From: Octopus bimaculoides
Lineage: Eukaryota
Assembly (NCBI RefSeq): GCF_001194135.2
Contig: NC_068981.1
Span: forward strand, 156,178,409 to 156,220,173
Direction: 5' to 3'
DNA: 41,765 nt
The position numbers and the translations under genes were made by a program. The notes under the pieces were generated by a model, which worked only from the letters and a program-made list of their open reading frames with translations, ran no database searches and had not been told where the DNA came from. Positions 1-12,260 of the stretch are shown here, one piece after another. How positions within the stretch are numbered: the first letter of the stretch is position 1; each line of letters opens with the position of its first letter.

Positions 1-507
1 TATTTTATTGTCTTTGCACAGCTTCTAACGCTGGAGATGTACTACGGTGTCAGCTGTTCACTACCAGTGAACTAAGGTAACACCCCTTATTTTCGAGGAC
101 CATCCGGAGTATTCGAACGGTTCCAAGCAGTGCTGTTTTCTGCAAGTGCTCCACCCTTATTGCAGCCCCTATTTGTTCCACGTACTTCTCGAGATTTTTG
201 CTCACTGTTCCCAGGGCTCCGACAATTATTGGTACTACTGCTACCTTTTTCATCGACCACAGCTGCTTAACTTCCCAAGCTAACCCGTCATATCTCTCGA
301 CTTTTCTTTCTTCTTTATCGCATACCTTGTTGTCAGCTGTTCAATACCAGTGGACTAAGGTAACATCCCTTATTTTCGAGCACCATCCGGAGTATTCGAG
401 CGTTTCCAAGCGGTGCTGTTTTCTGTAAGTGCTCCACCCTTATTGCAGCCCCTATTTGCTCCATGTACTTCTCAAAATTTTTAGTTCTCAGGGCTCCGAC
501 AATTATT
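1..507 (-). mobile_element. Two tandem 3' fragments of an RLE-type non-LTR retrotransposon (R4/Dong-like)
   Basis: Minus-strand ...KVERYDGLAWEVKQLWSMKKVAVVPIIVGALGTVSK...LQKTALLGTVRILRMVLE is the restriction-like endonuclease C-terminus. Copies at ~49-230 and ~331-507 abut an (ATT/GTT)n microsatellite. Confidence 0.75.
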
Positions 508-535
508 AATATTATTGTTGTTGTTGTTGTTATTG

Positions 536-575
<40 letters not shown>

Positions 576-2056
576 CATCATCATTAGCAAAATATAAAAT
601 AACCTGCAGCTACAACACTTCAACGTTTGCTACTAAATGAGCTGCTTTTACATTCACCTTTACAGCCACGCTTTTCAGAAGTGCGTTCTCCTGATAAGGA
701 CATGCTTTCTTAGACCCACTGGATTAAGATTAATTCGTGAATTCATTTCACCAGCTTATCTCCCAGTGGCTATTTCTGTATGCGATTAGCGATTAGTTTG
801 ATTAAAAAGAAAAAAGACTTACAACTAACATTGCCAATCACTGGGAATATATATTCGTTAGCGGGAAACACGTTATATTTAGCCAATTAGAAACTAATAG
901 GCTGTGGCATTTTACTCTTATCGTATTAATGCGGATCAAGCTATAGACTATATAAATCGTGCCGAATCGAATTTGCTTCAAATATCCATTACATTTTGGA
1001 GTATTTGTTGGCAAGTGAAAAAGAACAAAAAACATCAATAAGCCAGTAAGTATATTTAACTATTGTAATTCTGGCAGCAAACATTGCATAGCATATACCG
1101 ATACGACAAAACAACGCTCAGTATTTTTACCTTTTACGTTGCTTAAAAATTTGCTCACCTTTTTACAAACATAGCATTTATATATAAACAACATTCGCAA
1201 TTGATACTATATGATAATGACTATTTATTAAATTGTAAACTATTTATCTCACGTAAAATACTGCAAAATCCATGAAGATTTCCGGTCTTTCTCAAAATGG
1301 AAAAAAAATGCATAAAAATCTTTAAATTATTTTAACGGTGAAAAGTAACTTTTGTAAAGATAAAATCTGTTGATGTATCTATTAATGTTAGATGTTGGAT
1401 GTTATATGAATAGTGAATCCCTTATTTCATTAGGCCATAGGAACATCAAAGATCCTCTACGCGATCGTAAGAAATAGTAGCCAGATCACCCCCACAGCAC
1501 ACCTTTCGAACTAAGATTCTTGATGTACGAAACAGGAAGGTCATGGATGGAATGCTTTGCTTATAGGTCTGCTCAGTGAGTGGTGACCCGGAGCTAAACA
1601 GCAACAAGTACAAGAACAACACCCACAGTCTTTCTGGGCTACATTAGCTGCCTGTTAAGGCCCATCCCTCTTCAAGGTACCTTAACAGAGGAGCCGAACT
1701 CTGTACTGCAAGCAAACAAGCCACTTGTCAATTTTATAGTGCTAACATTATTTGAAGCAGTCAGTAGCCCCTAATCTGTGCGACCTATCAACAGCTAGTT
1801 TTGACTGGACCATTTTAAAGTTTTAAAGTGCTTTGACCATGGGCACAACAATGTGCCTTTAATAGGATGCAAACCAGAGGTTTGTCGGTTAGTCATTCTA
1901 TATGTTTATCTATCTGTTCGGCCTTCTCGTCTCACTTTTCGAATGATGACGCTAAAAGAAAAGATGGAAATAAGTAACAAACGTCGTTGTTGTTGTTTAG
2001 CCCTACGATCAATGCTCCATTCCACCTTTTATTCACTGTGTTATCTAGAATTATAT

Positions 2057-2330
2057 GAGGGTGCGTGGCCTAGAGGTCACGATGTTGTACTCACGATCGC
2101 GTGATCGTGGGTTCGATTCCCGAATAGTGCGTTGTGTTTTTGAGCAAAGAACTTCATTATATATTGCTCCGCAATCATTTCGGCATCTGACGTGTGACAC
2201 ACCTATACAGGCAATGTCGATTTGAAGAACAGAGTGAACTTACGTGCAACACTAAAGTTTGATCACTATAAACAAATCATTTGTGTGCAGGTTGTTCAGC
2301 AAGAAATTGCAGAACCATCTTTCTCGTATT
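2057..2330 (+). mobile_element. tRNA-derived SINE (family A)
   Basis: A-box/B-box-like head (gtggcctagagg...gggttcgattccc) plus a body homologous to the reverse complement of 36885-37197. Confidence 0.75.
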
Positions 2331-3363
2331 CGGTTGCCTACCATATCTAGACTTACAATATTCGTTGTAACTATTTTTTCTAAATGTTGAGGATGTGTAT
2401 GGTGGTAGATTTGGCTATTATTTCTGGTAGGTTGAAGAACGTATTTGCAGTTTGTTTGACCCAAGTGAACCTGAAAATCCTTTTAATGGTTCAGCTCTTA
2501 ACTTCTATATATACTTCAAATTAATCTTGTATTCCACGCTGTTTTTTAAAATAATGAACACAGTTGCCTCGAAGAGATTAAAGAAAACTTTTATCTATTG
2601 AACACTATAAATGTTTAATCTAAAGTTATCCTGCATTACTGGGAAAATTTAGTATCAAATATTAAGCTTATTAGTTTCTTGCTGATATTCTGATTAACGA
2701 ATTATCATCGGGGATTAAAAGAAATTTTGCTTGTTAATCTACCAACATTTACTTATATATTTACATATTATGAATGTGTCTGTGTGTATGTGTGTGTGCG
2801 CGCTGTATTTGTATACGTGTAAAGATTTTGGATTATATGCAGATTTTCGACTCTAATCCTAGCATTAATGCTGTATTAGTGAAATTCATATAGAGTGACT
2901 GGCCTGATCGAATTCAAACAACGTGAGCATTGATATTGCATAAAAAGAAAACCTTCGGTACACATTTATGTGGAAGGCTTTATGATGTTTATGTTTTAGT
3001 AATATTAATAAAGTGAAATTGTTATAAACAGATTGCAGAAAAGTTTAGTCATTGATTGCTGGTTTAACACTAGGTTTAACATTAGGTTATTTTGATAGTC
3101 TTTCCTCTATTGAAGACAATTGCGTTGTCTCTGGCCCGAGGATATCTTCCTCCAGCCACTAAGACCCTGAAAAAGGCAATGGGCGCTGCTTTTCCTCCTT
3201 TGAATAAACCATAAAATAACGTTTTAAAAAATATCAGATTGGCATAATTTATGTTTATCTTGCAACTGAAGTGATAAATACGAGGTGTATATGAAGCGTA
3301 ACTGTTCTGACTGGGAATAAAACCAAGCTGTCACTCATAATTATAGCCTTGCACGAAATCCAG

Positions 3364-3512
3364 TGAGTCATTAATCTTAAATGCCAATTAGTCTAATACA
3401 CTTTAGGATAGCAGTCCCTATCCTGTGAACCATAAAAGTAGCATCGACTGAGGTGTGCGAGTTGTGCGGTCACTTATATACGAATGGTTCGTATATAAGT
3501 GACTGTTATAAG
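3364..3512 (+). promoter_or_regulatory. Candidate RALBP promoter and non-coding first exon
   Basis: TGAGTCA at 3364, TAATCT at 3372, CAATTAG at 3385, TATA-like CATAAAAG at 3431, then a strong donor AAG|GTACGT at 3512/3513. The ATG exon has an acceptor, so an upstream exon is required. Confidence 0.35.
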
Positions 3513-4281
3513 GTACGTTATGTTTAAGGAAGAGGACGGCCAGCCCCCATGCTGCGACATTGCATCAGAACCCATATTGGGTCGCAGTAATATTCCGAAA
3601 AGATCAACACAATTTTATTTTTGAAATATTTGGTAAGATCTAAATTGTAAACGAATATATTACACATTAAGTCATAGATGCAAAGGCTGCAACACAATGA
3701 CAGTTACTGTAATAAACAAAAACTAAGGATTATTTCACTAAGAAAAGTATCAAATGCTAATGTACTAAACTTCTGCTAATGTATTAAACTTCTGAAATCA
3801 CAGAATTGATCGGAGACATATGTTGAAAGCGAGACAATCACAACGTGGAAAAGCCATTTCCGCGATTTATGATACAAAAGTTATTAAATTTTCTGTCAAT
3901 TTATTTCTTAGAATATTAATGGTGTTATAAAAGAGACCTACTCGCAATTCTGCACCGAAGTCTGACACCTTAAGAAATAATTTTACGATGAATTTAATAG
4001 TTGTTTTAATGCTACTAATTGTAATTAATGTAATATAATTAACAAACTTGTCCTCTTCTTCACTATATTATTTTCCTGGAAGTTGCGGCGCATTGAAGTT
4101 AAAAGAGCTTGTCTTTGTTTGAGGGTTGAATGACTACTATTGCTATTGGGTACCATAACAATCTTTATAGATTTTGCAGTGGAATTATTTGAATTCATTA
4201 ATGTCAAACAACGAAGTAATTTTACTTCGAATAATAAACGACACCTAGTTTACAACCAGGTGGACTGAGCCTACGCAAGTT

Positions 4282-4356
<75 letters not shown>

Positions 4357-4388
4357 CAGTTGCTGCTGCTGCCGCTGCCGCCGCCGCT
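4282..4388. repeat. Compound microsatellite (AGT)n-(GCT/GCC)n
   Basis: Read directly from the sequence. Confidence 0.95.
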
Positions 4389-5028
4389 GTTTAGCCTCAG
4401 GTCAGCTCTGATTAAGTTGATCTATTGAAGGCATTCTATAGCACGTTATGTAAGGGGCGTTTGGTTGCTACTTCTAGCAGATAGAGTGATCATTCTATTG
4501 TGACTCTCAAAGCTGCATCTTCTATTCATTGCAGTTTTAAACTATTAAGGCGCAGCTACCTAATGTTAACATATTTACTGAAGTGAGCATAAGATATATT
4601 AAGAATAAGATACGAGTTCAATCAATTTATATTCTTTTAATGATTTCGGAAAATACGGGAGACAGAACTGAACATATTTCGTTCTTAGCATCTTCAGGGA
4701 AGCATATACTTTACCATATCTGTCGAAGTAGTGATGAGGGAATCACTAAGTAGATAAAGCCTAATTGGTGTCAAAGAAATTAACATATCTACACAGATTT
4801 ATCACCGAGAGAAGTTATTCGAAGACGTTATTTGCCTCTTTTATTTGTTGTTTATTTCAGTCATTGGACGGCGGCCAAGTTAGGGCACCACTTTGAAGGG
4901 TTTTAATCGACCATATTGACCCCAGTACCTATTCCTGTAACTCTGGTCCTTATTCTAGCGTGTATAACAAAACTAATCAAATGTAATTACGCAGTGAAGT
5001 AAAGAAAACATTGTGTAATGTCTGTTAG

Positions 5029-5069
<41 letters not shown>

Positions 5070-5334
5070 CATACATGTATGTATATATTGCAATAATGTA
5101 CTATAGAACATATCTAGAGATTTTTGTCTGACACTATATGATACAACGAATGTAACCTTTACGTCCATATATATGCAATATGTTCGCTGTGAGAAAAAAT
5201 AGTTGTATACGTCGCTCATTTCAACCCTACTTGAGTAGCCATGCAACTTACTGGACTGTCCACGAGCACGCTCCCTATCAACCCACTGATATTAGTGGCT
5301 CATGTAAACTGAATTTGCATATTTAACACGCAAT

Positions 5335-5362
5335 TACACACACACACACACACACACACACT

Positions 5363-5434
<72 letters not shown>
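5335..5434. repeat. (CA)n followed by (GATA)n microsatellite
   Basis: Read directly from the sequence. Confidence 0.95.
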
Positions 5435-5435
<1 letters not shown>

Positions 5436-7882
5436 TTTTCACACCTACTCTTGTGTACCTCCTTAGATATTATCTTATCACTGCTTCGGCAAGTAAAGTT
5501 TATTATGTGACATGAGGATGTTTAATAAGACTGAATCAAAATTTGAATTATCTCCCGTTTTTGCCGAAATAATGAAAACAATATTTGTCACCGTACTAAT
5601 ATTGTCTTTTCCTCTTTTCATAATTATTTTCAATTAGCTTTTTTGATATTAACTGCATTAAATACGATAACATTAACTGGACTGTTGCTTTTTAAGTTGA
5701 TGGGATTTCTAAATACTTTCTGTCTGTGATTTATTCGTTACTGGGACCTACACTGGTCACATTGCTCGAACGTATATCTGCGTCTTTGGGCAGGTAACTT
5801 GACATAATTTTGTAAACAGAAAAACAGAAAAAAATAATGTCCACCACAGAGGTGTCTTATAATATATTCATCCTGTCATACAAGCTTTGGTGAAGCTCGA
5901 CCTATTAGAAATAGATCCCAAATATACATCAAATTACTCCCTGTGGTCTTACAAAAAGACTCTGAAAATAATATAGACCGGTATACGTTATATTTAAAAA
6001 TAGAAAGAGGTAGTATGATTATGACTGAACTGTTTTTTTAACACAGATCTGCTTGATCAGGCCGACAGGGCACTAACAACAACTAGAATCAAATTATAAG
6101 ACTAAAATGAGGTTAAATAAGTAGAAAACAGAAAAGTATTACCCAGCTATGGGAAAATGCAGCTCGCAGGAATTTCTAAACGGCAGATCTAACGAAAAAT
6201 TTCCTTGAAATCTTTTTAGCAACACTGCTCACCTGACGATGAGTCGAGTCTCATACGACCTGTTTTTCAAAAAGGTTGATATAACCTATAATCGTCGACA
6301 TAAGTGTCTTTCTGAAAAAAAAAATCCCAATTTTTTTCTTTTCCTTCTTTCATTTTTTTTTTCTTTTTTTTTTCCCATTTGCTTTTACAAATTTGCTGCT
6401 AATGAGATTCATTTAAGTTTAACAGTAACATGAGGCTACCAAATTCCTCTTACATAAATGAACTTCAATAGCTACTCCAGTGCTCTTCAATGTTGATGTC
6501 CAACTGGCAGATGATGAGAGAAGATCCCTACTTATGTTAAATATGTTTCCATTTTTCACGTTCAGGTCTCTGATCGCTGTTACTGTCCTGTAGAATTTGT
6601 TTTATTTAAAGAGAATAGTACAGGGTCTTAGGTTATGTGGTTTCTTGATAGAATTTGTCATAAGGGTTAGATGTAAATTTTGTAGAAATATACTGTTTTG
6701 TAATAATTATTGCTTAATGAGTTCGTAAATCCTTTATAAGATGGATATGCACACACACACAGACACACCTACAATCATACCCACACACAGCACAATAATT
6801 AACTTTCTTCACCATTTCTTTAATTGTTTTTCGTGTTTCGGTAGTGTCTTAGCTCTAATTTCAACATTTCAATCGTCTTCCAAGGCTGTGTCTAATCAAA
6901 GTAACTCGAGATTCCAACAACAATTAACTATCTTAAAAGCTCAGGGGAGACCTACAATCGGAAACTACTCCCAAATCTGGGGCGATATAGCTGCTTCATA
7001 TACAAGCATACGAGCCCACATCCCACAAAAATCGGCCACCTAACTAAGTAGTATGTAGTCGCCAGCCAACACGCTTCCAACCTTTTCTCCTGCAGTCGCC
7101 AACATTTACAGCATCGATTGGAGGGCTTATGAAGGCCTTGAACACCATGAAGGCCATGTTTGGAGGGCTTGTGAAGGCTATTCACACAAACCTTCCTCCA
7201 GATATAAATCCGATTGCGGTTTCTAGTTCAGGCCACTCCAGTCATGTTAACAGTGACTTAGTAAAAGCATAAACGCCACACAATTCCAGTTCTTCTACCT
7301 TATAAATCTGAGGCATATATACCAATGTAAGAATTCGACAATTGTATTGTATGCAATATGTATTAACCGCGTGGGTAGAAGCATGGTCAAGGAGTTTAAA
7401 AATTTGACTAGTGACTATTATAACGTATGTCATAAATATTTTATACTCAACCACTTATACTATCATTGAATGGGTAGAAATTTAGTTGATAGGGCAAATG
7501 GTGTATTCATTGTAGAACCCGTCGATGGACCATTTATTTTATTTTTATTGTATATTATTCTGTAAACATTTGACAGACCCGTAGTGCTATGAATGTGTCA
7601 CTGTACACTGAGATCTTATCTGAATGAAATCTGGCATATTCTTTTTATATCACAAAACTCGGACGGGATTGTGAAAAATACTGCCTGATTCCCATGCATT
7701 AGTACCCCAACTTCATTTCCAGAATGCTGAAGATAAGATAATACTATTTAATGGATCCCGATCACAAATTTCAATCAATTGCCTTACTGGTGTTACTTGT
7801 GGGGAAAATATCGCTTCCTTCGCTTGCACTGAATCTATTTTGATTGAGTGCAATATTTAATCATAACCATACTATTATACAA

Positions 7883-8087
7883 GTGACGATCGGTGGCTTA
7901 GTGGTTATCGTAAGATTGTATTTTTGATTCCTGGAATGCACAATGGGTTGTGTTCTTGGGCAAAACACTTCATTTCCCGTTGCTCTAGTTCACCCAGCTG
8001 ACAAAAATACGTAATCCTGCGACAAACCGGCGTCCCGACCAGAGGAGAACACACGCTTCACAGAAACTGGAAAACCGGCTCTATGAG
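7883..8087 (+). mobile_element. tRNA-derived SINE, family-A-like head
   Basis: gtggcttagtggtt...ttgtgttcttgggcaaaacacttcatttc...ttgctctagttcacccagctg matches the head and core of 37237-37380. Confidence 0.65.
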
Positions 8088-8220
8088 TATATATATCTCA
8101 TGAAGGAACTTTATCCTTTTTTACGCTATTATTTAAGAGTTATATAAAGTATTGAGATCTGAAGGAAATAGGGATTTTTAAAAAACTAAATGTGATTCTT
8201 TACCTTGTTATTTTCAGAAT

Positions 8221-8280
8221 ATGAGTCTCAGAGAACAGCATGGCGCTGAAAAACTCATTGACGAGTACACCCCACCAGAG
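8221..8280 (+). CDS. RALBP: RALBP coding exon 1 (MSLREQHGAEKLIDEYTPPE)
   Basis: Acceptor ttattttcag ends at 8217, followed by AAT and ATG at 8221. Donor GAG|gtaaga at 8281. TPPE aligns with the SEC14L 'QPPE' motif. Confidence 0.88.
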
Positions 8281-8353
8281 GTAAGAGTGTTTAAATATTT
8301 AAATATCAAAGGCTAGTTGTTGTGGATAAGATCACATTGATATGATTCTGTGT

Positions 8354-8557
8354 AAGATGGCGAACTGCCAGAAACGTTAGCCCGTCGGACAAAATGTCTT
8401 TGGGTATTTCTTCTGACTTGTTACGTTCCGAGTTCATTTTCATCGAGGTCGACTTACTTTCATCCCTCCAGGGTCGATAAAATAAGGACAGGGATCGATG
8501 TAATCGATTAACCCCACTACCGTCAAAATCGCTGGCCTTGTGCCAAAGTTAGAAAAG
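8354..8557 (+). mobile_element. SINE family B (most abundant repeat in the window)
   Basis: ggcgaactgccagaaacgttagc...gttccgagttc...gtcgac...gtcgataaaataag...gatgtaatcga...gctggccttgtgccaaa. About ten related copies: 10267-10452(-), 14100-14333(+), 18483-18640(+), 22241-22455(+), ~26300-26455(+), ~26860-26970(-), 28686-28790(-), 28803-28999(-), 29027-29241(+), ~33885-34050(+). Confidence 0.8.
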
Positions 8558-9039
8558 ATATGATATATATATCCAGTTATAAGACACCTGATGATGGAAG
8601 AAGAAAACCGAACAAAACTTAATGTAGAACCAGACAAACATTATTGATTTCTAATATGGGATAAAAAACTACAAATTTGTGATAAATGTGTGATTAATAG
8701 TATCGACCCATATTGAATAGTTGTTTATTTCAACAGGATTTGGAATGACGCAAGTCGAGATGGACAACGGTGGGGATTTGAACTTGGAACGAGAATAGAA
8801 ACAAATAAATATTTCAATGCGTTTTGGTCACCGCTTTATCAAGTCTACCAATACATTTTCTCCCCACCGTCTTCCAAGACATTTTATCTACTGCTCTGCC
8901 GATTCTACGAATGCACTGTCCCCCAAAACACTCTAGCCAATGCTCTACCAATTCTGCCTAACCACCATCATTGGTAGATTTCGAAATCTACTGAATGTTT
9001 GTTCGTTTCACCTAAACTTTTACGTGTCCCAGACAGTGG

Positions 9040-9409
9040 ACATGCTGGGGCACTGCCTTGAAGAACTTTAGCCGAACGAATCAATCCCAGTACTTTTTTA
9101 AAGCCTGGTACTTATTCCATCGATCTCTTTTGAAGAACCGCTAGGTAAAGAGTGCGTAAACACGCCAACACCGGTTGTTAGGTGGTAGTGGGAGACAGAC
9201 ACAGACACAAAGGTGTGTGCGCGTACACACATGCATATAGATCGGTGATTGTCGTACGCTGACGAAGGGTAAACAACCAGAAACCCGAGCCATTTATAAA
9301 ACATGTGACATATGAATAAAAATCTGTAAATATACAACCATCCAGACATCTGAGTACCTGATTATTTTTTCTAATATATAATTCCTGTACATCACCTCAA
9401 AACCTTCCA

Positions 9410-9457
<48 letters not shown>

Positions 9458-9630
9458 GTATATATATATATATATGGCGGTCCTCTTTCAGTTTCCGTCT
9501 ACCAAATCCACTCACAAGGTTTTGGTCGGCCCGGGGCTATAGTAGAAGACACTTGCCCAAGGTGCCACACAGTGGGACTGAACCCGGATCCATGTGATTG
9601 AGAAGCAAGCTTCTTACCACACAACCATGC
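9040..9630 (-). mobile_element. tRNA-derived SINE family C (head, simple-repeat middle, tail)
   Basis: Head at 9476-9630 is shared with 24273-24420(-) and 34768-34910(+). Tail at 9040-9200 is shared with 34950-35140(+). Confidence 0.7.
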
Positions 9631-9984
9631 TTACGGCTATTATGTTCCCATGTTTTTTTTTCTCTAAATATCTCCATACATCATTCAAATATATCCTTTC
9701 ATCGTACTTTTCTATATAATTGTTTCATTAAATTGCATTTGTAAGACGTATATACACGTAAGACTCTTAACGACACGGTCATGCCTTTACTCACGTTACA
9801 TGAATGTTGATTTACGGCCTACTCCCCCGAGATAAATGAATAAGTAAGTAAATAAAAAGGAAAGTTGATTCTAACAGGATTTGAATTTCGTATTAATAGT
9901 TAATATGGCTTTGTAGAGAATTGTAAGTTCAACGGAAATAAATTTAAAGATACACATGAGAATGGTTAACTATGCGCGCGCTTA

Positions 9985-10023
<39 letters not shown>

Positions 10024-10127
10024 TATTTACTCGTGTATAAGTCGCACTATTTTATGCTTGTTTTTAACAGGAAAGACTAGGGTGCGACTTACAGACGAGT
10101 AAATATGATGTGTGTGTGTGCGTGTGT

Positions 10128-10196
<69 letters not shown>

Positions 10197-12071
10197 TATA
10201 TATAATGTGTTCTTTGTAAATTGTGCACCTATATATTGTGAGGAAGAATCGTATTGGTGGAAAATATTGATTTCAAATTTTGGCACAAGGTCAGAAATTT
10301 CGTGGGGGCGGGTTAAGTTGGTTATATCGATCCCGAAAGGATGAAAAACAAAGTCGACCTCGGTGGAATTTGAATTCAGAACATGAAGACAGACGAAATG
10401 CCGCTAGACATTTTGCCCGGCGTGCTAACGATTCTGCCAGCTCATCACCTTAATTGGTTGGAAAATATTGACCCCGTGAAGAGGCTGCATATTTGAGTTA
10501 CTGGTAAAAGATGACCTGGTGTCCTCAGGATCGTTCTGATGTGAGATCATCCGAAACCCTGCGAATTGCAAGCATAATCGTCGTGTTTGTTGTTGTTCTA
10601 TATGTTTTTATATGGATTACCTATAAAAATTATGTCTGAGCAGATAATTTCATAGCTGTCCTATTGTCCTCCATAGCTTCTATTATCCATCACAGTTATT
10701 TCATATACTTGAAATTTCATCTTCTGCCCCACCACTCCTATTTCTGCTGTGACTACTACTGCTATGATGACTGTCAGTAAATCTTGTGGTTGCTGGCACT
10801 GTTGCTATTTTGACTGCTACACTGAGATTTAGTACAGCTTTTCTAGGATGGGCTATATGTTCGGCAACCTCTGTAGACAGTACCAGTTGCAAATGTAGCA
10901 TTTACTCTCAGTAGCTGAATGGTTAGAAATGATAATGACCTAAGTTCCTTTTGGCTCCATTTTCATTGAGCAGATGGATGGAATGGTGTACAAGCTGATT
11001 GGGCCAAAAATGATGACGTAGGCTGCTGCTGCTGCTTATTGCAGTTGCTATAGAAACTGCTATTGCTGTTAACGAAGAAAGTGTACCAGTTGTTGCTCCA
11101 AAATGTGATTATGTAAGCTTGGTCGTTGACAAAATAGGCGAACTCGTGGATTAGTAGAGAAAACGATGCCACTGCGCAGCGCTGGCGTCACTTGGACTAT
11201 GGTGGAGAAATCGAACTAAATCGGTACGCTACGATCAAAATAACATGAAATATCCGTTACAATTTTACTAAGAGTTGAGCACTAGTGAGTCGAATCCGAC
11301 ACCTCATTTCGATTTCCAGATGAATCAATTCTCCGTGCGTCTGTCAGTAATGTTCCCTGAAAATGCATAAATGTTACAAAGCTAAAAATCAAAGTTATCT
11401 GGTGTAGGGATAAGTTTATGAATTCGTTGCTCACAGCACCCAAACTTACAACACAAAAAAGCGTGACGCCGCAACTCACGTATAAGGGAGTTAATTGTTT
11501 CAAACAATTTCTTTTTAATCTCTTAACAAAGCAATGAAAGCTTGCCTGGCCGAATTGATAATGCATTGGAAAATCAGTTGAACGGTCGATGGGCTGCTTC
11601 GTAACATCCTTGCTATGTTAATTCCGATACTAAAAACGTATTTCTCAAATGGCATTTTCCACTTCGCTATAAACAGGGGACGCAGTTAAATGACAAGTGG
11701 TTGCTTCCTACAATAATAATGCTGTAATATGGATGAAATTTTCGGTTTAATTGATCCTACTGTATATGATTCGATGAAAGATTATTCTGCCAAACTAAAA
11801 TGTCCTAAACGTCCTACACGAAGCTTAGATTTTCATCGGTAGACATACGACTTAATTGTACTGCAAAGTTATTGACACCTTTGGACAATTAGGAGTTTTC
11901 TATGAACTGAATTCTTAGTTGAAGACAGTTCTTTTCTCTTATTGCACAAATACTTCTGAAAATGTATAAATGTCATATACAATCTTAATTCCTCAATTTG
12001 AGGGTCGCTGTTTAAATTAAAGAAAAAAAATTTCGATCTCAACAATTTCAAGCTTTTTTATTGTTTTATAG

Positions 12072-12260
12072 GTCATCCAGAAATACATGACTGGGGGAGA
12101 TATTGGACACGATAAAGAAGGTGCAGTCGTCCGAATTGAGCCATGGGGCTACTTAGATATGAAAGGAATCATGTATTCATGCAAAAAATCAGATTTGGAA
12201 AAGAGCAAGCTGCTTCAGTGTGAAAAACATCTAAAAGACCTGGAAGGTGAAACTGAAAAG
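12072..12260 (+). CDS. RALBP: RALBP coding exon 2 ([17 protein letters not shown]...DLEGETEK), start of CRAL-TRIO
   Basis: ttttatag|GTC acceptor, 189 nt open frame, AAG|gtagaa donor. Carries the SEC14-type GxDKEG motif. Confidence 0.95.

Noticed and set aside
6430-6730. Possible decayed Penelope-like GIY-YIG fragments on the minus strand (also ~31700-32050)
   Set aside because: Only vague resemblance, with many stops. I could not write a convincing motif alignment.
6741-7185. ORFs 6741-7043 and 6952-7185 and the 42-bp-spaced ttggagggctt.tgaaggc repeat (7118, 7160)
   Set aside because: No recognisable domain or splice sites. Probably a TE relic, but unassignable.
1-8217. Search for upstream CRAL_TRIO_N coding exons
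   Set aside because: No recognisable DD.FLLRWLRAR-type exon was found by eye. Very short or diverged exons could have been missed.
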